DNA from: Cyanophora paradoxa CCMP329 | Taxonomy: Eukaryota > Plantae > Glaucophyta | DNA: 64,000 bases | Direction of reading: 5' to 3' | Assembly (NCBI GenBank): GCA_004431415.1 | Contig: QPMI01000169.1 | Coordinates: 124,001-188,000 of the forward strand | In this document: positions 23,134 to 35,408 of the stretch, in pieces | How positions within the stretch are numbered: the stretch's first letter is position 1 | Layout of the letters: the number at the start of each line of letters is the position of its first letter | Notes under the pieces: model-generated | The model's input: the letters and a program-made list of their open reading frames with translations, nothing else | Databases searched by the model: none | What the model was told of the DNA's origin: nothing | Program-made: the position numbers and the translations under genes

Positions 23134-25093
23134 ATGAGCGCAAAAGAGCAAAGAGCGGAACAGCTCCGGCAGCAACGGGAGCGCTGGATGAGGCAGCGAG
23201 CGCAAGAAGAAGACCGTGGGGCCCATGCGCCGCCAGCGCAGGCGCCTGCAGCGGAGAAGCAGCCGCGGGGCCCGACGCCTCCGCGGGGCCCGCAGCAGCC
23301 GCCACAGCAGCAATACTATGCGCCTCCCTCGCAGCAGCACTACGCGCCAGCGGGCGGTGGGTATTACGCGCCTCCGCAGCACGTCGCGGCCCCTCAGTAC
23401 GCAGCGCCGCCACCGTACGCGGCGCCATACAACGGCTTGCCGCCCATACCCAACGGGTCCCGTACCGCACCCTCGCCGCCGCCTGCGGCTCAGTACGCTG
23501 CGGCACCGGCGGGAGGCTACGGGAGAGCGGCGCCCGCGCCGCCTGCGCCGTATTACCCGGAGCTCTCCGCGAGCCAAGTCAACGCCCTGCCCGAGCAGGT
23601 CCGCTGCTTGAGCTTGGCGCCGAGATGCGCAAGCGACCCTGACTTGCGGACGCCGCAGCTGCTGGACAGGCTGACGGAGCGGCTGACGAACCGGCTGCGC
23701 ATCGAGCTGAAGGAGGAGCTGCGGCGGGAGACGCAGCCGTACGACGCGAACACGGAGCAGGCGGCCGCGCGCATCGAGCGGTGCGCCGGGCGGCGCCGCG
23801 CGCGGGCGGGGCGCCCACGATGCGGCGCAGGCACCTCGCGGCGGACGTGGAGGCGCAGACGTGCCCCATCTGCTACGACCTCATGGTCCCCCCCGCCAAG
23901 TCCCCCATCATCCTCTTCCCCTGCGGGCACAGCTTCTGGCGCGGCCCCGAACCGCAGCCCGCCCTTGCCCCGCGCGTGCTGAGCGCCCTCGCAGCGAGCA
24001 GTGCGTGACGAACCACACGCAGACGCACCAGCGGGACAAGTGCCCCGTGTGCCGCACGAAGGTCGGGCCCGGCCCGCCCCCGGACCGGCGGCCGTCGGCG
24101 AGCTAACGCGGCCGGCGGGCAGATCGCGTCGCAGGCGCAGAACGTCGTGCTGCGGCAGCTCATCCAGAAGTACGTCGCCAAGCGCCAGCAGATCGAGGGC
24201 GGGCGGGTCCGCCGCCCCTCTCCCCAGCCGCGGCCTGCCCCTGCCCCCTCCGAGGGCGCCGGCAGGAGGCGCCGGGGGCGGCGGCCGGGCCGTCGAGGGT
24301 GGCGGCGGCGCCGCAGGCGCCCGGCGGGGACGACCCGCGAGATAGGTGCGGGGAAAGGCCGGCGGGCGCCCCGCCCCGCGAGCGGCTAACGAAGACCGGG
24401 GCGGCAGCTACCTGCGGGACTACCAGTCGCTGGGGATGCGGTGCCGCATCCTTCGGAACGAGGTGGAGGAGACGGTGGACAAGATCGGGCAGATCAAGCA
24501 GGCGAGCGCCTCCTTGCCCTTCCCCTTCCCTCCAGCGCCCGCTGACAGGGGCGCAGAAGGGCTCGTCGGCGCGGCTGGTGCGGGAGCACCTCGCGCGCGA
24601 GGAGCGCCGCGCCTACGAGGCCGTCCAGCGGGTCCCCGCCCCGCCCCGCCCCGCCCGCCCCGCCCCGCCCGCCCCGCCCCCGCCCGCCCCCGGACCCGCC
24701 CGGGCGAGCCCCTCCCCGCAGGCGACGGCCGAGTGGGAGGTCGTCAAGGGGCAGCTGGCCGAGCAGGAGGCCAAGGTACCCCCCCCCTCCCCCTCCCCCC
24801 CCCCACACCGTCCCCGTCCACTTGCCGCCCGCACACCGCGCCGCCTCTGACGGAGACCTCCCGGGGCGCACGAGCAGTGCGCGCAGGTCGACGCCAGCGT
24901 GAGCGAGGCCGAGGGCAAGATCGAGCTGCTGAAGGTGCGCCGTCCCTGCGGCCCGTTGGCGCGCGGCTGTGCCCTCTCCGAACCCCCGCGCGCCCAGAGC
25001 ACGCTGGCGCCGCTGGAGTCGGAGCGCGAGAAGGCGCGGCTCATCCTCCTCGAACTCGACCCCAGGATACGCCTCTCCGACTACGACGCGTAG
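23134..25093 (+). CDS. RING-HC finger and coiled-coil protein (probable E3 ligase)
   Basis: Spliced CPICYDLM..ILFPCGHSFCEQC..KCPVCR; Y/P/Q-rich N-terminus and heptad-rich C-terminus; TAG at 25091-25093. Confidence 0.85.
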
Positions 25094-25419
25094 CGCCGGC
25101 ACTCGCTATATCAACGGCCTGGCGAGCTGCAGGAAGGCGCGGGTAGCGGCTGGGGGAAAGGCAGGTCTGGGCCGCCTGCCAGGCGCGTGCCGCGCCGCCG
25201 CCTGCCAGCGCCTGGCCAGCGACGTCGGCGGGGGCACCAGGTGGCGGGGAAGACTCTGAGAGCCTATCCGAGAGGGGAGGAGGGGGTACGCGGGCTCCGC
25301 TCACCTAGCTCTAGACTCACCTAGCGGAATCAAGCGTTCGCGACGTCGTAACCTTCGATTGATTGCACAGCAACGTTCACAGCCTCTGATTCCACAGCGC
25401 GGATCCAGCTGCGGTCGCC

Positions 25420-26221
25420 ATGGGTCCCGTGGTTCTCTCGGCCGACGCATACATCAAGGCGGTGCTGCATGCCGCGAAGAACTTCGCATGCGAAGTGAAT
25501 GGCGTGCTGCTCGGGACGGCGGAAGGCGACCGCCTGGTCGTCCGCGACGCGATGCCGCTCTTCCATAGCCACCTCGCGCTCGCCCCAATGCTCGAGGCTG
25601 CAATGATGCAGGTGTGCGACGCGCCGGGCCGTGTTGGCCACCACGGCCGACGCGCCTGCAGGTCGAGGAGTACTGCGCGGCGCAGCGGCCGGCGCTGCAG
25701 ATCCTCGGATATTACCATGCCAACGAGCGGTCTGATGACAGCGAGCTGAACTTGACCGCGCGCCGCATCGCGGACAAGATCCAATCCTACTTCTCCTCCG
25801 CCTGCCTGTTGCTGGTGCGAACTCGCGCCAGGCCTGTGCGTGTACGCTGATTCTTTGCAGCTAAACCCGAGCAAGCTGGACACGGACGACGGCTCGGCGT
25901 TTGAGGTGCGGCTTCTGCTGCAGGGCCCGAAGGCTCCCGCTCTTGGATGACGCCGCGGGGCAAGCAGGTCTTCCAGCGCGACGGGTCCTCCTGGAAGAAG
26001 CGCGGCCCGCCCGAGCTCGAGGACTCGAGTGCGGCGCGCAAGGCATGCAACTATATGCGCGCTGGCCTCGCCGGCTCGCTCGTCGATTTCGACGACCATC
26101 TCGACAACCCCACGAGGTGCCTCCCTTGCGTGTGCCCGCAAACGCTACTCGGCAAGCCTCACGATGCTGCAGCGACTGGTTGAATCCCGGGCTCCTCCAA
26201 TCGCTTGCGGCGCATGGCTGA
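25420..26221 (+). CDS. EMC8: ER membrane protein complex subunit 8/9
   Basis: AYIKAVLHAAK..VNGVLLG..DAMPLFH..LAPMLEAAMMQV..ILGYYHANE..IADKI..LVDFDDHLDN..DWLNP. Confidence 0.9.
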
Positions 26222-27010
26222 GGGCTTCCCCGGATATTAACCGATCCGATGATTCAACGGATCGCGCCCTCTCCGCCCCGGCCAACAGGCTCAGCTACTG
26301 CGCAGCGCTAGCACGCAGACTGAGCACTGACTCTCCAGCTAGCATCCATCCCAGGCGTCCCTGGGCCCTGGCGCGGCGCCGGCCCCTCGGCGATTTGCCC
26401 ATGCCGCAGAGCCGTAGGCTGCGGATGTGTATGGATTCAGTTTCATGCGTTTGGTTCGATGCCATGCGGAATATCCGATCATGGGATGCTGCGGCCGCGT
26501 TGGCCCAGTACGAGTGGGAGCGCGCGCCGCGGCGCGGTGCACGTGCGTGGCCTAGCATGCGCACTGCGGCAGCTGATCATGATGAGGACTCAGTGAGGAG
26601 CGCCAGCTAGCAGCGTACTACGGTATGCGCGCGCATGCCGCAGGCGCCGTGGCGCATTGCAATTGCGCTGCTAGCGCTAGCGCCGCGCGCGCGCAGCCTG
26701 GCATGCGCAGCTGGATCATCATGCCATGATGGCTTCGCGCAATCCGCCGTGCAGCAGTACGCGTACTACGGCCGCCTAGTACGGCGTACGCGCGTCGCGC
26801 GCACGGCCGGCGATCGAAGCAAGGAGCCAGCGTACCGAGCACGACATTTCGGAGGCTTTCGACCTTGGGGCTCCGCGGCCGATTTATTTAGAATTTTTCG
26901 AGTTCGTGCGTACCCCGGCTAAGCACTTACGCCCGGGAGCTGCTTAGAGTTGCGATGAGGCACAGCTAGCCAGTTTCAGCACATTGGCAGCGGTTGTTTG
27001 TGCCGATCAG

Positions 27011-30000
27011 ATGCCCGAGCCGGAGCCCCCGACGCCCACCCGGCAGGATGCTCGGAGGGGCTCGGGCGCCGGCGGCCTGGGCAACATGGCAAACGGCCTT
27101 CTGCGCGGTAGGAAGTCCAGCGGAGACAAAGATGAGGTCGCCCGGCGCAAAGGAAGTGAAGGTGTGTCCGGAAGCTCCGGACTGTCTCCGAGTCCGGCGT
27201 ATGAAAGCTGCAGCGGCGCTGAGCGGCGGTTATGTACCAGTACGATCGAGAACTTTCTCTAACTGCTGGGGACTGCGCAGATTTGGAGTCCAGCGTCAGC
27301 GTCGCTCCGGGTCTGAGCCCAGCTGGAGGCGATGATGACCGGTGCGGCGCTAGCTGTGCCATCCGCGCTCAGCTAAGACTGAGCCCCGCGCAGGAAACAA
27401 CGCTGGGAGCGCGTCCGTGACATGGCGTTCCCGAAGCGCTCGCACAACGCCCCGGCCACAGGAGCAGGTCACAGCAGCGACAAACCAGCGCTTCACAATG
27501 TGAGCTCTGCACTGAGTTCTTAAGCTCCCCACCGGGCCCGGCGCTTCAGGTATTGCTCGGACGCGCGGATTGACTCGTCCGCAGTTCTCCCTGCCGGTCT
27601 TGCTGCCGGATGGCAGATTCAGGCGTGTCTGGGATACGATCTTGATCGCAGCGCTTCTCTACAGCTTCATGACTGTGGTTCGTGCCCTGAGCACACGCGG
27701 ATAGGCTGACGGCTCGCTGACAAAGACCACTCCTCTTCGCAGCCGTATTACATCGCTTGGTGGGCGCCGCCGAACTACGTAAACGCCGAGCTACTATCCC
27801 GCTCACGCAGTTGCGCAGGGACACACAAGCTTCTGGGGGCCTAGACAAGTTCGAGATCTTCCTGGATGTGTTCTTCATCATGTTCGGGGTTTTTCTTTTC
27901 TCCCCCAGCGCAAGCCTCTCATTTTGTTGCAGAGATCTTATCTTGAACTTCCGAACTGCTCTGATGAAGGACCTGTCGAATGACCTCGAGACGGACGGCA
28001 AGACTATAGGTGCCGCTTTCGCGCCCGGACGGCGCTCAGCTCCGAGCCGACGTCGCCACGGACAGCTGTCACGTACTTGAAGGGCTGGTTCATCATCGAC
28101 CTGCTGTCGTGCGTGCCCTTCGACTCGATCACGGCCGCCGTCGGGGGCGACATCGCCGGGCTCACCTTCATCAAGGCGCCCGCCCCGCACGCTTCCCCCG
28201 CCCCCGCCTGGCGCGCCGGCTCAGCCCCCGCGGCAGGTGCCGCGCATGCTCCGGCTGCTCCGCCTCTTCCGCCTCATCCGCTTCATTATGGGGGGATCCC
28301 GCTCGAGGCGCGCCGGCCCTGCGCCGCCCCCGCGCCGGCGCGGCTGAGCCGCCCCGCAGCTTGATGGAGAAAATCCTCGAGTCGCTGCAGATCAGCACGG
28401 TGCTGCTGCGCATCGCGAAGGTGCGCCCCCGCGGGGCCGGGGCGGGGTGGGCGGGGCGCGGGGCGGGGCCTCAGGGGCGGGCGGCGCAGCTCTTCTTCTG
28501 GATCGCCCTGGTGGCGCACATCAACGCCTGCGTGATCTTCTTCGTGGCGCGCGCCGAGGGCTTCCCCCCAAACAGGTGCCGCGGCCCCCGCGCGGGAGGG
28601 GCGGGGCGGGCGGGGGCCGAGGGAGCGGGGGCGGGGCGGCAGCTGGGTGTACTCGCTGGACTCGGAGTTCGACCCGACGGCGCCGAGCTTCGACTCCTAC
28701 ATCATGGCCTTCTACTTCGTCTTCACCACCATGGGTCCGCCCGCGCCCGCCCCGTCGCCCCGCTGCGCCGCGCGCGCGGGGCGCCGACGGGGGCGGGGCG
28801 GGGCAGCGACGGTGGGGTTCGGGGACATCACGCCGGGGAACACGACCGAGCGCCTCATCGTCATCTTCATCGAGTTCTCGGGCTCCATCACCTACGGTCT
28901 GCCCCCGCCCCGCGCCCCGCCGCGCCCTCTCCGCCGCCGCCGTCGGCGACGCGCGCGGCAGGTTTCGTCGTCGGCGGCATCGGGCAGGTCGTCCAGCAGC
29001 TGAACCGCAACCAGACCAAGTACCAGCAGGAGATGGACGCCATCTGTGCGCCCCGGCCCCGCCCCGCCCCGGCGCCCGCCGGCAGGCAAGCGGGGGGAGA
29101 GGAGCTGACGGGGCGGGCAGCGGAGTACATGAGGTACCGGGACCTGCCGCGGGAGCTGCAGCAGCGGATCAAGGACTACTTCGAGTACATCATGACGAAG
29201 CAGCTGCTCTTCGACGAGAAGCTGATCCTCTCGAAGCTCTCCACCTCCCTTCGCACCGAGGTCTGCCTCTACCTCAACCGCGACATCATCGGTGCCGCCC
29301 CGCGCGCCCCGCCCCGCCCCCCTCTCCTCCGGCGCCCGGGGCCGATGCGGCGGGGCGGGTCGGGGCGCAGAGAAGACGCCGTTCTTCAAGGGGAAGGACT
29401 CGAACTTCGTGGCGGCGGTGGTGACGAGCCTGCGGCCGATGTCGGTGGCGCCGGGGGACTACATCTTCCGCTACGGGGAGACGGGGCGGGAGATGTACAT
29501 CCTCTCCCGAGGCCGCGTCGAGGTCGTCGGCCCCGAGAACAAGCGCTACAACGGTGCGCCCCGGCCCCCGTCCCCGCCCCGCCCCCCCCAGCCCCCGGCG
29601 GCGCCTCTGAGGCGGCGGCGGCGCAGTGCTGGAGGCGGGGAGCTACTTCGGGGAGGTGTCGCTGCTGCTGGGGGTGAAGCGGACGGCGAGCACGCGGGCG
29701 CTGGGCAACTGCGACCTCTTCGCGCTGACCAAGGAGGACCTGGACCGCGCCACCGAGGACTACCCCCGGGAGAAGAAGAAGCTCGAGGACATCGCGCGCT
29801 CCCGCGTCGCCCAGCTCCAGGTCGACGACCGCAAGAAGGAGCTCGCCCCGCCCCCGCCCCCGCCCGCCCCCGAGGAGCCCGACGCCAACGGCGGCCCCAA
29901 GACGGGGCGCAGCAGCAAGTCGCGGCAGGCCTCCATGCGCCGCCGCCGCCGCGGGGACACCCTCGCCGCCGGCGACGCCGCCGCCCTCGCTGACGAGGTG

Positions 30001-30951
30001 CGGCGTCCCGCCATCACGGCCAGCCGCCGCCGCGCGGGGCGCTGAGCGGGGCGCAGGGGCACGCGACGACGGAGGCGGAGGAGCTGCACCCGCCGCAGCC
30101 GCCCTCGGGGCCTCCACGAGCCGGCGGAGCTTCCGGGCCGGCAAGGCCGTGCTCGCCAACATGTTCAAGAAGGTGGCGGGGGCGATCAAGCGGCCCGGGG
30201 AGCGGCCCGGCGAGGAGTTCGCGGCGGCCGTCGAGGGCGCCGTCGAGCGCGCCGTCCGCCTCGGGGCCCTCCCGCCCCGCCACCGCGACGCCGGCGACGA
30301 GGGCGACGAGGCCGGCCCCGCGCCCCGCCCCGCCGGCGCCGGCACGCACTCGCCGCCCCTCAGCGAGCGCCGCGGCGTCGCCCACGCCCTCCCGCTCCTG
30401 GAGCTCCCGGGCGCAGGGAGGGCGCGGCGCCGGCCGTCGTCCTCACCGTCACGGGGGCCTCCCAGCGCAGCTCCCGCCGCAGCAGCCGCGACTCGGCGCC
30501 GGGGCAGGAGGAGGGCGGCCCCGCCGCGCCCCGCCCAGGACGCCCCGGCGCCGAGCCGGAGCCGCCGGCGCCGCCCCCGGCGCCCGCCGTGTCGATGACC
30601 TCGGCCCAGCTGCCCCCCGAGTCGCCGGCGCCGCCCTCCGACTACGGCGGCAGCGTCGGAGGGAGCGGGGGCGGGGGCCCCTCCTTCTACGTCCCCCTCC
30701 ACGCGCCCGACGGCCCCGCGGCCTCCTCGGGGGACGAGCGGGCGTCCAGCCCCCAGCCGCCCTCCCGCGAGCCCGACCTCTCCGCCCTCGCGCACCCCAC
30801 CCCCACGCGGAACTACCCCGTCCCCGGCTCGGTGCCCCCTCCACTGAACCCCCTCCAAAAGCTCCAGTCCGAGTCCGAGGACGACCGCACCCGGCCCCGG
30901 CCTAGCATCGTGCTGCCCCCTATAGGCGTTCCCCCGCTAGCTATTGGCTGA
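27011..30951 (+). CDS. Cyclic-nucleotide-binding-domain voltage-gated cation channel (HCN/EAG/CNG-like)
   Basis: YLKGWFIIDLLSCVPFD, S4 RMLRLLRLFRLIRF, pore TTMATVGFGDITP, C-linker YMRYRDLPRELQQRIKDYFEY, CNBD PGDYIFRYGETGREMYILSRG..GSYFGEVSLLLGVKRTAS. Start uncertain. Confidence 0.92.
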
Positions 30952-31508
30952 CCCAGCGCCCCCTGCTAGCCAGTAGGCGCGCACCGTCTTTTTTGGATGC
31001 GGGTTCTATTTGGCAGCACTTCGACTGCCTGCACTGGTTTTCCCCTTCTTTCGTTAGGAGAGAACACCTATTTCTGCAAACAGTGTGAAGTATGTATTTA
31101 TGATTTTATGATGTGCGAATCATTGAATCTCGAAGCTGAGAGCTTGCTTAGTAGCCCCTGTACTGTCGACGTCTGGACATGTGGCGAACTCGATCGAGGT
31201 CACAGCCGACGCCCGAAGGCGCAGCAGGCGCCGGCCGCGCCGGCGCCATGCACCGTGGCACGGCGCCGGCCGCCGCGCGTCGTCCGGCCGCGCACGCGAG
31301 GCATTTGCGCATGCAGCTGCAGCCGCGCGCAGCTGCAGGTCTAGCGCTAGCCGCTCAGCGGCGTCAGCGCTTGCCGCAGTGCACGCGGGTACGCGAATTG
31401 GTCGTGCGCTGATCGGACTCAGGGAGCCGCAGCGCGCCGGCGACCCAGCGAAGCAGATTCGGCTACCCGAATCCTCTATCACAGTATCGAAAGAAGAGGA
31501 ATTGCAAG

Positions 31509-32531
31509 ATGCTGGCTTTCTCGCCCGTGACCTGCTTGCCCGAGTTGAGGGCGCGGCAAGGGCCGATCCAACTCCCACAGGCGACGAGAGCCAGCGTCGT
31601 GCGCGCGTGCGCGGTATGCAGAGAAGCGCAACAGCTATTGAAACCTGCGCGGAGCTTCAGCGCTAGCGGACAGCCCGTCCAGCGATTGCGCGGTCAGCCA
31701 GCTCTCCGGTGGACGCTCGCGCGAGGAGTCTTCTGCCGACCCGCGATCACATGCAGCTCGGAACCTGATGCCGCGAGCGGTCCCAGCGCGCCGCCAGCTG
31801 CAGGCGCGAGCGTGGAGGAAGAGAGCACCGTCCCGCAGTCGCCACCCTCCGCGCAGCCGGCGCCGGGGCGAGCGTGGAGCTGGGATTGGGTCAAAGGCAA
31901 CATTCCGATGCAACTGACGTTGGCGCGCGTCGCGGCGATTCCCCTGTTCATCGTCGTGCGGTACATGCCCATCGGCTGGAGCGCCCAGCTGAGCGCCCTC
32001 GTTTTCGTGGCCGCGTGTGTGACGGACTACGTGGACGGCTACCTGGCGCGGAAGCTGAACCAGTGCAGCCGTCTGGGGGCGTTCCTGGACCCCGTGGCGG
32101 ACAAGCTGATGGTGGCCGTGGCGCTCGTCGTGCTGGCGGCCTCCGTCGGCTCGCCGCTGGTCACGCTGCCGGCCTGCGTGATCATCTTCCGCGAGGTGCT
32201 CGTCAGCGCCGTCCGCGAGCTCTGCGCCGACCTCGGCAAGCGCGACGTCGTCGCCGTCTCCTGGGCCGGCAAGTGGAAGACCGCTTGCCAGGCCCGCCCC
32301 GCCCCGCCCCCCGCCCCGCCCGCCGCTGAACGAGCGGCGCGGCAGATGGTGGCGCTCTCGCTGCTGCTGTGGTGCCCGGACTGGCCGCGGCCGGCGCTGG
32401 CGGCGGGGGGCGTGCCGACGCTGCACGGCCTCGGGGTCGCCTTCCTCTACGCGGCGGCCGTCCTCACCGTCTACTCCATGTGGGGCTACCTCACCGCCGC
32501 CTGGCGCGAGCTCGCCGACGAGCTCCTCTAG
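31509..32531 (+). CDS. pgsA: CDP-diacylglycerol--glycerol-3-phosphate 3-phosphatidyltransferase (PgsA/PGP synthase) with plastid transit peptide; one in-frame GC-AG intron at 32292-32345
   Basis: NIPMQLTLARV, TDYVDGYLARKLNQCSRLGAFLDPVADKLMV (CDP-alcohol phosphotransferase motif), REVLVSAVRE, GKWKTACQ|MVAL; N-terminus MLAFSPV. Confidence 0.92.
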   Translation: MLAFSPVTCLPELRARQGPIQLPQATRASVVRACAVCREAQQLLKPARSFSASGQPVQRLRGQPALRWTLARGVFCRPAITCSSEPDAASGPSAPPAAGASVEEESTVPQSPPSAQPAPGRAWSWDWVKGNIPMQLTLARVAAIPLFIVVRYMPIGWSAQLSALVFVAACVTDYVDGYLARKLNQCSRLGAFLDPVADKLMVAVALVVLAASVGSPLVTLPACVIIFREVLVSAVRELCADLGKRDVVAVSWAGKWKTACQARPAPPPAPPAAERAARQMVALSLLLWCPDWPRPALAAGGVPTLHGLGVAFLYAAAVLTVYSMWGYLTAAWRELADELL

Positions 32532-33924
32532 CCGGCCCCCGTCCCCGCGCATGCGATCCCTTCTCTGCAACTCGACACGCCACTACGACTTGCGCCTGTG
32601 GGCCGGGGCGGGGGCGGGGGCGGGCTCGGCGCCCAGGTCCTTGCACGCCCGCCAGGCGGCCCCCATGTAGAGGGCCGCGCCTGCGCGGGGGCCGGGGCGT
32701 GGGCGGGGCCCCCAGGACGGCAGCGGAGCAGAGCAGGTCCGAGGGACGTACTGTAGACGGCGAGGACTGTAGCACTGTAGAAAAGGACCAGGCCGGTCCA
32801 GTACCCGTACTGCGCGGGCGCCCGGCGCTGTGACCAGGAGGGGGGGGGGGGGGGGGGGGGGGGGGCGCGAGCCTGGGCGGCGGGGTCGGAGAGGGCGTCG
32901 CGGCGCTCGATCGCGAGGAGGATGAAGAGGGCGCCCATCTGCGGGGCGGGCGGGCCGGCCTCAGGCCCGCCGCGGGGCCCGAGCTGGGGGCGCGGGGGGG
33001 ACACCTGGGTGGCGGTCTTCCACTTGCCGGCCCACGTGACGGCGACAACGTCGCGCTTGCCGACCGTCGCCATCCACTCCCGCACCGCCGAGATCGCTGC
33101 CGCGCCGCCTCTGATGCCGCCCAGGAGGGCGGGGGCGGGGCCGGCGCACCGAACTCCCGCGCGATCATGATGCAGCACGGCACGGAGACCACTGCACACG
33201 GGGCGTCAGCTACAGGCGGCGCCTGCGCGCGGTCTGGTGCGGCAACGCGAGGCGGGGCGAGACTCGGGGCACCAGGGGATGGGTGCTCCTCGATCAGGCT
33301 GGCCATGCCCAGCGCTCGGGCATCAGCCGCGCCGCGGAACGCACGAAGGATGAAACGGCGGGCACCTGATGAGGGAGAGGGCTACGAGGAGCTGCGCGGG
33401 CGCCGCGGGAGCTTCAGCGCTAGCTTCGGTGATGACTAGGGCGGGTTTCGGGCGCGGGGCGCAGGCTCGCCTTGTCCGCCACCGGATCGAGGAAGGCACC
33501 GAACTTCGTGCTCTGCCCGCGTTCGCGTGCGCGGTGAGGCGGGCGCGCTTCGCGAGAAGGGCACAGCAGGCACCATGCCGAGCTTGCGGGCCGCGAAACC
33601 ATCGAGGAAGTCCGTAAACTGTCCATCGGGATTCGGGAGAGCATTTAGCGCTCGCTAGCGGGGCTGCGCGCCCCCAGGTCGCACGCACGCCAGCAACGCC
33701 GAATAGAAGCGCGGAGCTCTTGTACTGACCCAGAGCTCGCAGGAGCATGAGCAACGGGACGAGACCGATTCTGAGATCGTACGACATCAGCGCGACGGTA
33801 CAGGCACCCGCGCGCGGGGCAGAAAGGACCTTGTTAGCGTTATCCACACAGCGAGGTTGAACTCGATCCTGTGCTCGTGCCCGGGCCCAGCTTTGTGAGC
33901 TGTGCTCTCTGACTTGTGCACCAT
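32528..33924 (-). CDS. Second CDP-alcohol phosphatidyltransferase (PgsA or cardiolipin-synthase-like), copy 1
   Basis: Spliced FNLAVWITLTRIGLVPLL..LFGVAGFTDFLDGFAARKLG..STKFGAFLDPVADKLLVA..IMIARE..ISAVREWMA..GKWKTATQMGA. Start and stop approximate. Confidence 0.85.
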
Positions 33925-34324
33925 TCGGCTGGAAGCTCGTACGCGTGCAGACGAGCGCACTGCCAATTGCGCGACCGCAGCTGCTCGAAGAAGTGGTTCG
34001 CGGGGGCGGGATGCGGGCAGCCCGATCACAAGGCTAAAATAATCTAAAACGAAGGCCGGGCGGCTGCTGATCTTGGATCACACGCTTTTGACGGGGGTAC
34101 GTACAGCTAGAGTTGGTGGGTAGAGAGTTCCGGGAGGTCAACCAGGGCCCGTCGAACCGGAGACACCGGCACTCGGCGAGGTCGGAATCTTGAAGGGAAC
34201 CCCAATCTTATCCAAGGATATACCACAAGCAGCGCCCCGGCCGCGTCCGACGGTCAGCTAGGCCAGCCGCCTCCGCGCAAGTTGTTCCCGGGCGCTCCGC
34301 AACTGCCTTTCCTCAGCCTTCATC

Positions 34325-35337
34325 ATGGGTGGTGCAGTAGCCAAGGTAATTGCAACAGTAGCCTCGGCGCAAGCGAGGGTTATGCATTGACCGCCGTCCC
34401 GCTCCTCGCCAGGTGAAGGAGGGCTTCAACAGTGCCAAGGAAGGGATCTCGAACAAGTTATCGAAGAGTGCGTCTCCGGGCGCCTGATCGACGTCTGGGG
34501 TCGGATGGGCGCCGCCGGGTCGCTGATCATCCCCGCAGAATGCGGGCCGTGCGGCAAGGACGGCCAGCCCGTGAAGATCAAGGGTATGATGGAGATCAAC
34601 ATCCGACTTCCGGACAAGAGCGGGACCGATAAGGTCGGTGGGCGCCGCGCCAGCTGCCGGTCCCCGCTCAACTTCGCCGCGGCCCGCCCGCAGATCGGCT
34701 ACCTGTACATTCCGAAGGACTTCGTGGGCCCCGGGCCGGACCCCGCGCCCGCGGCGCCGGCCGCCGCTCCGGCCGCTCCGGCCGCCGCTCCTAAAGCCCC
34801 TGCCGCGCCCGCCGCCGCCGCCGCCCCGCGGCCGCGCCAGCCGCCACCGCTGCACCCGCGCCCGTTGCGGCCGCTCCGGCGGCGCCCGCCGCCGCCGCCG
34901 CCGCCCCGGCGGCGCCCGCTGCGCCAGCCCTCCCGGCTGGCTACGCCGTGCCCGCCCTGCCCGCCCTGCCGCCCTGCCCGCCCTGCCCCGATGCCCCAGG
35001 TTCGACCGATTCGCCCCGCCAATGAACACCGCGCGCCGCCGCTGAGGCGATCGCGGGGCAGTGGCCGGGTACCCGGCGGCGGCGGCGGCGCCGCGGGCGT
35101 ACGCGGCGGACCCGAGCGACGACGCCGTCGACGCCGCCGGCGACGACCTCTTCGCCGACGTGCGTGTACCCCCCGGCCCCGCCTCCCCTCGCCGCCCCCT
35201 TCCGAGCCTGGGTGCCGGCGCAGGGGAACGGAGAGCAGCTGGCGGAGGGATGGGCGGACGGGGAGGGCCACGGGCAGATCGCCCTCGAGTTCGACGACGG
35301 ACGCCCCGACGCCTACGGCGCCTCCTCCCTCCTCTGA
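34325..35337 (+). CDS. Small orphan protein (MG start, Ala/Pro-rich middle, acidic C-terminus), copy 1
   Basis: MGGAVAK|VKEGFNSAKEGISNKLSK|..CGPCGKDGQPVKIKGMMEINIRLPDKSGTDK|IGYLYIPKDFVG.. with clear introns; homopolymer frameshifts in this copy. Confidence 0.6.
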
Positions 35338-35408
35338 GCGCTTTCCGTTCACGCGATCGCGCTGTTGTGAGCGAAATCATCGAGTGCACGTGCACGCACG
35401 GCAGCGGG

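Noticed and set aside
32841-32865. Poly-G tracts as special elements (also ~35695, ~37202, ~40060)
   Set aside because: They are the C-rich 5' halves of introns in minus-strand genes.
34800-35080. Programmed frameshifting or pseudogenisation of the small orphan gene (and similar shifts at ~8960-9120)
   Set aside because: The shifts sit in C/G homopolymers and differ between the duplicate copies, typical of long-read consensus error.
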